Notes: generated by a model not told the origin, from the letters alone. Shown: positions 1-8,448, counted from the stretch's first letter. The stretch: DNA of 32,000 nt from Candidatus Iainarchaeum sp. (GCA_037441475.1 JBBISB010000001.1:216418-248417), one strand, 5' to 3'. A program made the numbers and translations.

Positions 1-917
1 TCTTGAAGTTCTTTTACTTTTTCTAAAAGACCCTCTAAATCACCAAAACCTAAGATTCTTGAAAGATATCTATTGGCATCAAAAATTTCTAAGTCATCAA
101 CCTTTTCTCCTGTACCTATATAGAAGATAGGGGAGCTTGTTATGTAACATGCGGTTAGGGCACCACCACCTTTAGCAGAACCATCAAGCTTTGTTACAAC
201 TACTCCTTGTATACCAACAGCTTGGTTGAAGTTTTCTGCTTGTTCCTTTGCAGCCTGTCCAATATCTGCAGAAATTACTAAGAAAGAATATTTTGGTTTA
301 AAGGCAGAATATATCTCCTTAAGCTCCTTTGAAAGCTCTTCATCTAAAGCAGATCTTCCTGCTGAATCAACAATTATTAGGTTTGCACCTTTCTTTTTTA
401 AGAAACTAAGACCATCCTCTGTTATTTTTTTTGCAGAAGAATTTCCTTTTTCACCATAAAATAAACAATCAACTTGTTTTGATAACTGCTCTAGTTGTTC
501 ATAAGCAGCTGGCCTATAGACATCTGCTGCTATTACACCAACCTTAAAGCCTCTTTTCTTATAGAACTTTGCAAGCTTTGCAGCTGTGGTTGTTTTACCA
601 GAACCAAAAAGACCACAAAGAAGAATGGATTCTGGGTTTTCAGGAAGCTTTATCTGTTCTCTTCCACCAATGTACTTTAGGATAACATCATAACAGGTTT
701 TTACTAAATGTTCTTTTCTTGTAAGACCCTCTGGTATCTTTTCAAAGGCCTCAATTTCTATTTCTTTTGAGATTTTTAAAACTAGTTGTACGTTTACATC
801 TGAAGAGATTAAAGCTCTTTGGATGTCCTTTATGACTTCCTTTATTAAATCCTTATCGACATGCATTGAGTTTTTGATTTTATCAATTGCACTCTTTAAT
901 TTATCTCCAAAACCCAT
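1..917 (-). CDS. srp54: Signal recognition particle 54 kDa protein, N-terminal part (runs off the left edge of the window)
   Basis: Reverse-strand translation starts MGFGDKLKSAIDKIKNSMHVDKDLIKEVIKDIQRALISSDVN and continues into the GTPase P-loop region (LCGLFGSGKTTTAAKLAKFYKKRGFKVGVIAADVYRPAAYEQL). It is absent from the ORF track because it is open at the edge. Confidence 0.95.
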   Translation of the reverse strand, partial: MGFGDKLKSAIDKIKNSMHVDKDLIKEVIKDIQRALISSDVNVQLVLKISKEIEIEAFEKIPEGLTRKEHLVKTCYDVILKYIGGREQIKLPENPESILLCGLFGSGKTTTAAKLAKFYKKRGFKVGVIAADVYRPAAYEQLEQLSKQVDCLFYGEKGNSSAKKITEDGLSFLKKKGANLIIVDSAGRSALDEELSKELKEIYSAFKPKYSFLVISADIGQAAKEQAENFNQAVGIQGVVVTKLDGSAKGGGALTACYITSSPIFYIGTGEKVDDLEIFDANRYLSRILGFGDLEGLLEKVKELQ

Positions 918-1053
918 ATTTAAAAACGTTTGTATGTTTTTTAATATTATATTATATATAATATATCAAAAGATATAAATATAAATTGATTTAAAGAGAA
1001 TATATTTAAATATAGTTAAAAAGTTATTCTTTTATTTGAAGAATATATAGAAG

Positions 1054-1479
1054 GTGAAAGAAATGCCGAAACCAAAAACAAATAAAAATCCTTTCTTAGA
1101 AAAAATAAAAAAACTAAAAAGACCAAGAGATATAACCCTGACAACAAAACCAACACCAAATAAGTTTAATGCAGAGAAACAAATGATATTAAGTCAATCA
1201 AAAAATTCTCAACAAGCATTAAGAGAGATTGGAAATAAAAGTAGAAATATTGAAAAAAATATTAATGAAAAAGCATCTCGTGTTTTAAAAGTAAAAGCAA
1301 GTTCTTTAGAGATTAGTGAAACAAGGATAAAAAATATAACTGCAAATATTGAAAGAGTAATTAAGGATAAAACTATTGATAAAAAACAAAAAGAATTATT
1401 CTTAAGAATACTACAAAAACAACTTGAAAGTGCAAAAGAACAGTATATGATTGAAAGAATTAAAAAAGAGTGTAGGTGA
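1054..1479 (+). CDS. Hypothetical Lys-rich coiled-coil protein
   Basis: 141-aa ORF preceded by a GGTGA ribosome-binding-like motif (gaaGGTGAaagaaATG). Helical, highly charged composition. No family recognised. Confidence 0.7.
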   Translation: MKEMPKPKTNKNPFLEKIKKLKRPRDITLTTKPTPNKFNAEKQMILSQSKNSQQALREIGNKSRNIEKNINEKASRVLKVKASSLEISETRIKNITANIERVIKDKTIDKKQKELFLRILQKQLESAKEQYMIERIKKECR

Positions 1480-1486
1480 TTTTAAA

Positions 1487-1609
1487 ATGCCAGGACCAAA
1501 GAAAAAACCATTAATTCAACAAAAGAAACCAAAAAACTTACCACAATCAGATAAAGAGGTTATGGAAAGATTTAAAAAAAGTGTTAAAGAAGCATTTAAT
1601 AAAAAATAG
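1487..1609 (+). CDS. Small basic hypothetical protein (40 aa, MPGPKKKPLIQQKKPKNLPQSDKEVMERFKKSVKEAFNKK)
   Basis: Short ORF missing from the track. It starts 8 nt after the preceding stop, with GGTGATtttaaaATG upstream. Confidence 0.55.
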   Translation: MPGPKKKPLIQQKKPKNLPQSDKEVMERFKKSVKEAFNKK

Positions 1610-1616
1610 ATTAAGC

Positions 1617-1925
1617 ATGGATGAAAGAATTAACCAAAAACTAATAGAGCTTAAGCTTAGAAACTACTTAGATAGATTTTCTAAGCGTAGGCATATTGAA
1701 AAAGACATTTCTGATTTCATGGCACTTGTAAAAAAGATACAAGAACATAAGACCATGAAAGAGAACCCTACTTTTAAAAGTATCATAAACCAAACATATG
1801 AAAGAATAATGGATATTAAACAAAAAACTAAAGAAGCAGAAATATCTAAAAAACATATGGAAAAACTTGCAAGAGAAAGAAGAAGTGTTTTAGAAAAGCA
1901 CTTTAAAAAAAATAGACCTAAATGA
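1617..1925 (+). CDS. Hypothetical coiled-coil protein (102 aa from internal ATG; the track start at 1581 is probably too far upstream)
   Basis: ORF track 1581..1925. The ATG at 1617 (MDERINQKLIELKLRNYLDRF) follows the small ORF 1487..1609 directly, and the 1581 start would overlap it. Overlaps the 3' end of ftsY by 8 nt (convergent). Confidence 0.6.
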   Translation: MDERINQKLIELKLRNYLDRFSKRRHIEKDISDFMALVKKIQEHKTMKENPTFKSIINQTYERIMDIKQKTKEAEISKKHMEKLARERRSVLEKHFKKNRPK

Positions 1926-3372
1926 TTCTTTCTATAATATACTCAGGAGAAAATTTTTCTATATCCTGATACTCTTGACCTGTACCTATATAGAAAATAG
2001 GTTTTTTAAGTTCATTAAGAATAGATATTGCAACACCGCCTTTTGGATCAGTATCTATTTTTGTTAAAATAACACCGGTTATGCCAATCTCCTTATCAAA
2101 CTTCTCTATCTGTTCAACAATTGCTTGACCTGCTTGAGACTCTCCAATATAGATTGTAAGATGAGGCTTTACTACTCTTTTTATTTTTGAAAGCTCCTGC
2201 ATTAGATTAACATTTGTATCTTGTCTACCAGCAGTGTCTATTAGAACCACATCTATCTTATTTGCTTTAGCTGAAGCAACTGCATCAAAGGCAACTGCTG
2301 CTGGGTCTGAACCGTAGTTTTGTTTAACAACCCTTACACCTAGTCTTTTTGCATGAACCTCTAGTTGATCAATACTTCCTGCTCTGAAAGTATCACTTGA
2401 AGCAAGTACTACAGATTTTCCTTTTTCCTTGTAAAGGTGTGCAAACTTTGAGATTGTGGTTGTCTTTCCAGCACCGTTTGGTCCTATTATTAAGATGATT
2501 AATGGTTCTTCTTTTTCTTTTTTTATGTAATTTTCAATATCACAATCTATGTTTAGTTGTACTTTTAGAGTTTCTTTTATCTTTTCTTTAATATCCTCTA
2601 AAAGATTTGATTTTGAGAAAGAGAAGTCAAGAAGTCTTTTCTTTAGATCCTCTATGATTGCTGAAGAAGAGTCAATGGAGACATCTGCTTCTAGAAGAGA
2701 TATTTCAAAATCCTCTAGAAAAGAGGAGATTTCTTTTTCAGGAAGTTTTACCTTTGAAGAAAAAATACTTTTTATCTTTGTTAAAGTGCTTTTTTTAACT
2801 TCCTCAACCTTCTTTCCCTCAAGCTCTTGATAGGCTTTTGATGGTTCTTTAATTTCTTTTGCAGTTTCTTCTTCAATAGACGAGTGTCCAAGATTTAAAG
2901 AGTCTTTTTCAATTACTTTTTCTTCTTTTTTAAACACGGGTTTAACTTCTTCTTGTTTGAAAGAAGATTTAACTTCTTCTTGTTTGAAAGAAGGCTTTAC
3001 TTCTTCTTTTACATCTTCCTTAAGAAAGGGAGATTTTTCAAAAGAAGGTTTTGTAGAAGTTATTTTTTCACTAACCTCTTCGGCCACGCCTTTCTGTCCA
3101 AGATTTGTAGCAAAGGCTTCATCAGAAGGTAACTTAACATCTTCAATAGCTTCAACATTATCAGAAGAACTTACATAATCAAAAGAGGCTTCATCATCAA
3201 AAGAGTCTTTATCAATAAAATCATTTACTGGTTTTAAAGTATTTTGATCTTGAGAAACATGTTGACTTTCAGAAGACTTAACTACTTCCTTTTCAGAATC
3301 AATCTTTTCTTTGGATTTTCCAAATATCTTCTCTGACAAATCATTAAATTTCTTTTTTAAAAGACCAAACAT
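1918..3372 (-). CDS. ftsY: Signal recognition particle receptor FtsY with long acidic/Lys-Glu-rich N-terminal extension
   Basis: GTPase NG domain: LIIIIGPNGAGKTTTISKFAHLY, VVLASSDTFRAGSIDQLEVHAKRLGV, VLIDTAGRQDTN, VILTKIDTDPKGG, FYIGTGQEYQDIEKF. Confidence 0.95.
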   Translation of the reverse strand: MFGLLKKKFNDLSEKIFGKSKEKIDSEKEVVKSSESQHVSQDQNTLKPVNDFIDKDSFDDEASFDYVSSSDNVEAIEDVKLPSDEAFATNLGQKGVAEEVSEKITSTKPSFEKSPFLKEDVKEEVKPSFKQEEVKSSFKQEEVKPVFKKEEKVIEKDSLNLGHSSIEEETAKEIKEPSKAYQELEGKKVEEVKKSTLTKIKSIFSSKVKLPEKEISSFLEDFEISLLEADVSIDSSSAIIEDLKKRLLDFSFSKSNLLEDIKEKIKETLKVQLNIDCDIENYIKKEKEEPLIILIIGPNGAGKTTTISKFAHLYKEKGKSVVLASSDTFRAGSIDQLEVHAKRLGVRVVKQNYGSDPAAVAFDAVASAKANKIDVVLIDTAGRQDTNVNLMQELSKIKRVVKPHLTIYIGESQAGQAIVEQIEKFDKEIGITGVILTKIDTDPKGGVAISILNELKKPIFYIGTGQEYQDIEKFSPEYIIERII

Positions 3373-3423
3373 TTTTAAAAAACCCCTTAATTTTAAAAAA
3401 AAGTAAATTTAAAAGAAATAAAT

Positions 3424-3894
3424 CTAACTTACTGTATTAGATTCATTCTTCTTTGAATCTTCTTTATGCATAACTTCAAGTGCCTTTGAAATCTGCTGTA
3501 AAGTGTTAACTGTATTATTATAATTTTCAGAAAACTGCATCTTAATATCAGAAAGCTCTTTCTTTCTATTATCAATATCAGCTATGACAGTATCAATATC
3601 TTTTGAAACAATGATTGTTCCAGGAAGAGATATCTTAACTTCCTTAGTGTTATCAATCTTACACTCAACTAATATTCCAGCACCTACATTAATAAGTAAG
3701 CTATCTGAAGATTTAATTTTCTTAATTTCATTTAAGGTATTTTCAGCTTTTGAAATTTCTAAAAAAAGATTATCAATTTCTTGAAGTCTTTGAGTAATTC
3801 CCTTAAGTTCGTTTTCCTTAGATCTATAAAGTGAAATGGTTTGATCTTTATTAAGTCTAATAGTTTTTGTTTCTTTTGCATTATTAGTAGTCAT
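3424..3894 (-). CDS. pfdA: Prefoldin alpha subunit
   Basis: Coiled-coil / beta hairpin / coiled-coil pattern (LLINVGAGILVECKIDNTKEVKISLPGTIIVSKDIDTVIADIDNRKKEL) and conserved position between ftsY and aIF6. Confidence 0.85.
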   Translation of the reverse strand: MTTNNAKETKTIRLNKDQTISLYRSKENELKGITQRLQEIDNLFLEISKAENTLNEIKKIKSSDSLLINVGAGILVECKIDNTKEVKISLPGTIIVSKDIDTVIADIDNRKKELSDIKMQFSENYNNTVNTLQQISKALEVMHKEDSKKNESNTVS

Positions 3895-3901
3895 AAATAT
3901 T

Positions 3902-4588
3902 TCACTCCTTTAATAAATTATCATGCATTAAAACAACATCATCAACTTTCATAAGTTCGATGTTACTTGTGTTATCCCCAACTAAGACAGCATGTTTATT
4001 TGCAATAACATCATTACCAACAAATAAATCACCATAGTTAAGTGTACTTGCAATACCTTCAACCTTAAATTTCTTTTTTAAATAGTTAAAGTCTTTCTCA
4101 TCAATATTAGGGTTTACAATGAATAAATAATCATTAGCATACATAATACTTCCTAAAACATCTAAAGAAAGAATGCTTTTCTTTTCAATAGTTATTCCGA
4201 AAAAATCAGAAATTTCAGCAATTGTTTTATCAGAAAGAATAGGGCTTGCAAAACCATAGTTTGAGTTAAGAGAAACAAGATTTCCTAAAGCATTATACTC
4301 TTCTTTAACAACTTTTACTGTAATTCCATTTTTTTCTAAAATTTCAATTTCATAAGGCTTTATTGAGTTCTTGCAAACAACAACTTTGTTTTTATGTGCT
4401 AAAAGATAAACTCCAACAAGTGGAGAATCATTTATGGATGTCTTGATTATCTTTGTATTCATTATTTTAGCAATGTTTGTTTCTTCCTTTTTTAAAATGT
4501 TTCCAGGAACAATACAAAAATCATCTGTACACACTGAGTAGACTCCTAAGAAAGGAGTATTACTTATTTTTGCTTTTGCAAGTCTCAT
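3902..4588 (-). CDS. eif6: Translation initiation factor 6 (aIF6)
   Basis: Repeated IF6 motifs (NTPFLGVYSVCTDDFCIVP, NDSPLVGVYLLAHKNKVVV, LNSNYGFASPIL); synteny with L31e/L39e. Confidence 0.92.
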   Translation of the reverse strand: MRLAKAKISNTPFLGVYSVCTDDFCIVPGNILKKEETNIAKIMNTKIIKTSINDSPLVGVYLLAHKNKVVVCKNSIKPYEIEILEKNGITVKVVKEEYNALGNLVSLNSNYGFASPILSDKTIAEISDFFGITIEKKSILSLDVLGSIMYANDYLFIVNPNIDEKDFNYLKKKFKVEGIASTLNYGDLFVGNDVIANKHAVLVGDNTSNIELMKVDDVVLMHDNLLKE

Positions 4589-4641
4589 ATAAAATCTTAT
4601 TTTTTATTTTTTTTTGATTAAAACAAAAGAAAAAACCTTTG

Positions 4642-5121
4642 CTACTTTACTTCAGTAGCTTTTTCTTCTTTAGAAGCTTCTACTTTTTCAGTAGTCTTTT
4701 CTTTAGAGATAGGTTTTTTAGTTTCTGTTTTCTTTGGTGTGGTTTCTTTTTTAGCTGCTGGTTTTGTTGTAGGGTTTTGTATATTTTCCTTTATTTCAGC
4801 AACTTTGTCTTTTATAGATTTATTTTCTTTAACTACTTTTGCTTTATTAAAGAAATTTTCAATCTCTTTTGAGTCTTTTAAGAAAACATAAACCTTGTCG
4901 TCTTTCATTCTTATAGATATTGCTACTCTTCTAGGTGGTTTTTGAATTCCTCTTTTCCAGATAAATTCATTAACTTCCTTTGCAATAATAATATCTTCTT
5001 TTTTCTTTCTTGTGTGCTTATATAAAAAATCAAAAATTTCTTTGACAGCAACATTTGATCTTCTTGTTCTAGGTTTTTCATAAGCTCTTTTTAATGGTAC
5101 CATGTAGCTTTCTGCAGGCAT
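4642..5121 (-). CDS. rpl31e: Ribosomal protein L31e with Lys/Glu/Thr-rich C-terminal tail
   Basis: MVPLKRAYEKPRTRRSNVAVKEIFDFLYKHTRKKKEDIIIAKEVNEFIWKRGIQKPPRRVAISI matches L31e. Preceded by GGTGA. Confidence 0.92.
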   Translation of the reverse strand: MPAESYMVPLKRAYEKPRTRRSNVAVKEIFDFLYKHTRKKKEDIIIAKEVNEFIWKRGIQKPPRRVAISIRMKDDKVYVFLKDSKEIENFFNKAKVVKENKSIKDKVAEIKENIQNPTTKPAAKKETTPKKTETKKPISKEKTTEKVEASKEEKATEVK

Positions 5122-5128
5122 AATCTAT

Positions 5129-5449
5129 TCACCTTTTTTTCTTTATAAATTTTTTAGGTATAATAGTAGTATTCCTATTTCTTACCTTTCTTGTTACTGA
5201 CTTTGAAGACCTTACTCTTTTTCCGCTCTTAAAATAAGTCTTGTCTTTTGCTCTTTCTTGATCTTCTTTTAATTGCTTATATTGAGCACCAAATTCTGTT
5301 TCTTTCCAGTTTCTTTTCTGTCTTCTATTCCAGATTCTTTTTCCTGCTTTTTGAATAATCCAAACAGGAGTATTCATGTACCCAGGACCAACTTTTTTTC
5401 TTTGAGCTATTAAAAACTCTTTAAATTCTTTATCTTTATTTCTTGCCAT
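5129..5449 (-). CDS. rpl39e: Ribosomal protein L39e-like, extended at both ends (106 aa)
   Basis: Core NTPVWIIQKAGKRIWNRRQKRNWKETEF resembles L39e (PVWV..KT.R.....K.R.WRR...). Located directly upstream of L31e as in many archaea. Confidence 0.75.
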   Translation of the reverse strand: MARNKDKEFKEFLIAQRKKVGPGYMNTPVWIIQKAGKRIWNRRQKRNWKETEFGAQYKQLKEDQERAKDKTYFKSGKRVRSSKSVTRKVRNRNTTIIPKKFIKKKR

Positions 5450-5491
5450 AAATTTTCAACCCCTAAAAAACTATTTATTAGTTTCTACCTC

Positions 5492-5974
5492 TTATTTAGG
5501 CTTTTCTTGTTTTACTTTTTTTTCAAGAGGTTCTTTTCTTACTTCTTTAGGAGAAACTTTAGATAAATCGCTTGCCATTTTATCAAGATACTTTTGACCC
5601 TTAGAAGTTATAACTCTTCCGTCTTTTTTATCTGATATTTTTACAAAACCTAATTTTTCTAAGTCTTGCAGACAAACTCTAATAATTTTTCCACCTGATT
5701 TTCTAAAAATCTCTGGTCTTACACCTCTGTTCTTACGTCCACCATAGTAATTTCTTAAAGAATTTACATTAACGTTTCCAGAAATATATACTTTTCTTAA
5801 AATAGACGCCATTCTTATAAACCACCAGTCTGGATTGTCTGGGGTTCTTTCTCTATGAGAGCCGGTTTTTACAAATGCGGCAAACTCTGGCATCTTGACA
5901 CCCTTTTTTTCTTTAAGGTCCTTTGCGACCATATTTATTAAGGTGTGTGGATTTACATCTTTAACACTTGTCAA
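5492..5974 (-). CDS. rps19e: Ribosomal protein S19e
   Basis: MPEFAAFVKTGSHRERTPDNPDWWFIRMASILRKVYISGNVNVNSLRNYYGGRKNRGVRPE, with a C-terminal winged-helix part. TTG start preceded by GAGGTGAT. Confidence 0.95.
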   Translation of the reverse strand: MTSVKDVNPHTLINMVAKDLKEKKGVKMPEFAAFVKTGSHRERTPDNPDWWFIRMASILRKVYISGNVNVNSLRNYYGGRKNRGVRPEIFRKSGGKIIRVCLQDLEKLGFVKISDKKDGRVITSKGQKYLDKMASDLSKVSPKEVRKEPLEKKVKQEKPK

Positions 5975-6154
5975 GAGTTATCACCTCATGTTTATATCAA
6001 ATATATCTTTACAGAATATATTCTCATTTTTAGATCTTTTTGTTAATACTTAATTGTTTTAAACTAAAAAAAGTCTATTAATATATAATATAGGTAGAGT
6101 TCTATTTATATATGTTTCTTTATGTTGAAAAAACCGAAAAATTAATCAAAATTA

Positions 6155-6460
6155 CTATAAAGAAATTTTCTTAATGTAACTACATGAAAGACAATTAATT
6201 TTTAAATATTTTTTAATATTTCCATTCTTTTTTTCACTAATAGTCCTTATCTTTGTATTCTCCAAAGACCTTATAGAAAAACATTTCTTGCACACCTTTC
6301 TATGAACCTCTTTAGGCATCCTGTAGTTTATGTTTTTAGCTAAAAGAAAAGATATTTTTATGTAATCATAGATATAAGGATTATTTTCTTGTTTTTGAGA
6401 AATTGCAAAGTCTATTAAAAAATTAATTTTTTCAATAACTTTCTTTTTATCTTTAACCAT
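6155..6460 (-). CDS. rnp4: RNase P protein component 4-like (Rpp21/Rpr2 zinc-ribbon protein)
   Basis: HRKVCKKCFSIRSLENTKIRT...YLKINCLSCSYIKK: N-terminal helical part plus two Cys pairs typical of Rpp21/Rpr2. Adjacent to S19e. Confidence 0.6.
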   Translation of the reverse strand: MVKDKKKVIEKINFLIDFAISQKQENNPYIYDYIKISFLLAKNINYRMPKEVHRKVCKKCFSIRSLENTKIRTISEKKNGNIKKYLKINCLSCSYIKKISL

Positions 6461-6531
6461 ATATAAAAAATCGCCTATAAGCTTTATTATTGCATGTCAA
6501 CAACGCCTGCAAGCTTGGCTAAAAGCTTAAG

Positions 6532-6603
6532 TACACTCGCCGGGGTTCGAACCCGGGCCGAAAGCTTGGCAAGCTCCCATACTAACCACTATACTACGAG
6601 TGT
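6532..6603 (-). tRNA. tRNA-Gly, anticodon GCC
   Basis: Cloverleaf read by hand: acceptor ACACTCG/CGAGTGT, D-arm GTATAGTGGTTAGTAT, anticodon arm GGAGC-TTGCCAA-GCTTT (anticodon GCC), T-arm CCGGG-TTCGAAC-CCCGG, discriminator A. Confidence 0.93.
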
Positions 6604-6657
6604 CTATATATTATTTAAGAAGATAAATATTTATAAATAGATTTGATTTTAAAAAAA

Positions 6658-8448
6658 CTACTCTTCCTTCCTCTTATGGTTTATCAAATAAACAATTAAA
6701 GTTAAAATAATAAAACCAAGAACTACAAAAATACCCTTTAGATAACCTTTATCATACTCTTTAACCACTAAAGAGTTATCAACAGGCACCTTACCAGAAA
6801 CTAAGGAGTTATCATCAACTTTTCCACCCTGGTTTAAAGTCTCTTCAATCACATTAACATCCTTTTCTATAACAATAACCTTATCATCATATATATAATA
6901 ACTTTGAGAAGAGGAATAATCTTGAGAAAGATCTAAAGTAAATCTACTTTCTTTAGTAACATTAAATTTTCTAGAAAAATTACTTACAGTGTTTGAAGGA
7001 ACAGTTAAAAGTTGATTTGTAATAGAACCATTATTATTAAAATCAAGATTAATACTCTTAATAACATTAGTGTAATTAATAACATCAAAACTAAGATTTA
7101 AAACATCTTTATCTAAATAAAAAAGAGGATCAGTTACAAAGAAAGCCTCTTGAAAATATCCTTCATTCTTATAAACTTCTAAGTTTCCAGAAAAATCACT
7201 TACCTGAGACTTAAGATTAAAACCATATGTCTTATAATAGTTTGAAGGAACATAAACATTATCAGCAACTAAATAAAAAGAAATTTCTTCTTCCTTAAAT
7301 GGTTCTAAATACATTATCTTATATTTATTTTCAGGATAGATTAATGTAAAATCAGAATGTATGCTTAACATAAAAAGCATAGATATAGCTCTTGATGTTG
7401 TGTTTGTTATTTTTGCAGTTATGAAGAAAGCTGAACCTTCTTTTATTTTTTCAGGATATGAAAAATCAACATTCACTGTATTTGAATAACCTAAGTCAGA
7501 ATAACTCTTATGTTCATTTATTTTAAAATCAGCTTTCTTTTCTCCAAACCTTAAAGTAACATCTCCATAAGCTGTTACCCTATCTTTAATCTCAGAAGGA
7601 TCAAAAGCACGAGATATTAAAAGATGACTTGCATCAACTAAACCAACCTCTCCAAAAGTAGGGTCTGCAAAAATCCATCCTTGCCCAGGAATATATATTT
7701 CAAGCCAAGCATGTGCTTGCCAATCAAGAGTACTGTTTGCATAACCAGTAACATACCTTGTAGGAAAACCTCTCTCTCTTAAAAGAGAAGCAGCTAAAAT
7801 AGAAAACTCAGAACATACTCCTTTTCTTTCAGCTAAAACGTTTACAGCTTCAACAACTTTTTCAGAATAGCTTATATCATACTCAACATAGTTATATGTC
7901 CAGTTAATAATGTTTGTAAGCTCTTTTAGAGCATTATCTGATTTTCTTATAAATCTAGAGGTAGATATTATTTCACTTCTATCAGAGTTAATGTATCTTG
8001 TAGGTAAAGTGTATTCCTTGTATTCTTCTATTTTATTTTCAAGAGAAAAAATATCTTCTGAAAAAACAATTTTATTTTCAGAGATTATTTTAGCATCAAT
8101 ATAAAAGATATACTCTCCTTTTGTTATTTTAGAAACTTCAAAAACAGCAAACCTATTTCCATACTCATCCTCTGTAAAGGTTGCAGGTATCTTTTGTCCT
8201 GCTTCTAAATAATAGGCCTCTAAAGTAACTGTTTGGTTTCTAGAGTTAATAAAGACTGGTGTTGTTAAGGTAAAGGATCCATTTTCAGAATATCTATCTA
8301 TATAGATAGGTGTTTGTAAAGAAACATTTACATCCATGTATTTAGTTTTAATAACATCAAAGTCCAAGGATTGATTAATAGGCTCTAAATAAGCAAAAGG
8401 GATTATTAGAGATAACATTAAAATAACTACTAAAACATTAAATTTCAT
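6658..8448 (-). CDS. Secreted/membrane-anchored transglutaminase-like domain protein
   Basis: N-terminal signal/TM (LNVLVVILMLSLIIPFAYL), transglutaminase-like core AERKGVCSEFSILAASLLRERGFPTRYVTGYA...QAHAWLEIYIPGQGWIFADPTFGE (Cys/His/Asp triad), C-terminal TM (LKGIFVVLGFIILTLIVYLINHKRK). Confidence 0.88.
   Translation of the reverse strand: MKFNVLVVILMLSLIIPFAYLEPINQSLDFDVIKTKYMDVNVSLQTPIYIDRYSENGSFTLTTPVFINSRNQTVTLEAYYLEAGQKIPATFTEDEYGNRFAVFEVSKITKGEYIFYIDAKIISENKIVFSEDIFSLENKIEEYKEYTLPTRYINSDRSEIISTSRFIRKSDNALKELTNIINWTYNYVEYDISYSEKVVEAVNVLAERKGVCSEFSILAASLLRERGFPTRYVTGYANSTLDWQAHAWLEIYIPGQGWIFADPTFGEVGLVDASHLLISRAFDPSEIKDRVTAYGDVTLRFGEKKADFKINEHKSYSDLGYSNTVNVDFSYPEKIKEGSAFFITAKITNTTSRAISMLFMLSIHSDFTLIYPENKYKIMYLEPFKEEEISFYLVADNVYVPSNYYKTYGFNLKSQVSDFSGNLEVYKNEGYFQEAFFVTDPLFYLDKDVLNLSFDVINYTNVIKSINLDFNNNGSITNQLLTVPSNTVSNFSRKFNVTKESRFTLDLSQDYSSSQSYYIYDDKVIVIEKDVNVIEETLNQGGKVDDNSLVSGKVPVDNSLVVKEYDKGYLKGIFVVLGFIILTLIVYLINHKRKEE

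Noticed and set aside
226-680. Plus-strand ORFs 226..459 and 495..680
   Set aside because: They lie antisense within the well-supported srp54 coding sequence; Phe/Ser-rich composition is the typical shadow of Lys/Glu-rich genes.
2549-3178. Plus-strand ORFs 2549..2830 and 2957..3178
   Set aside because: Antisense to ftsY, with low-complexity Ser/Phe composition mirroring its Lys/Glu-rich N-terminus.
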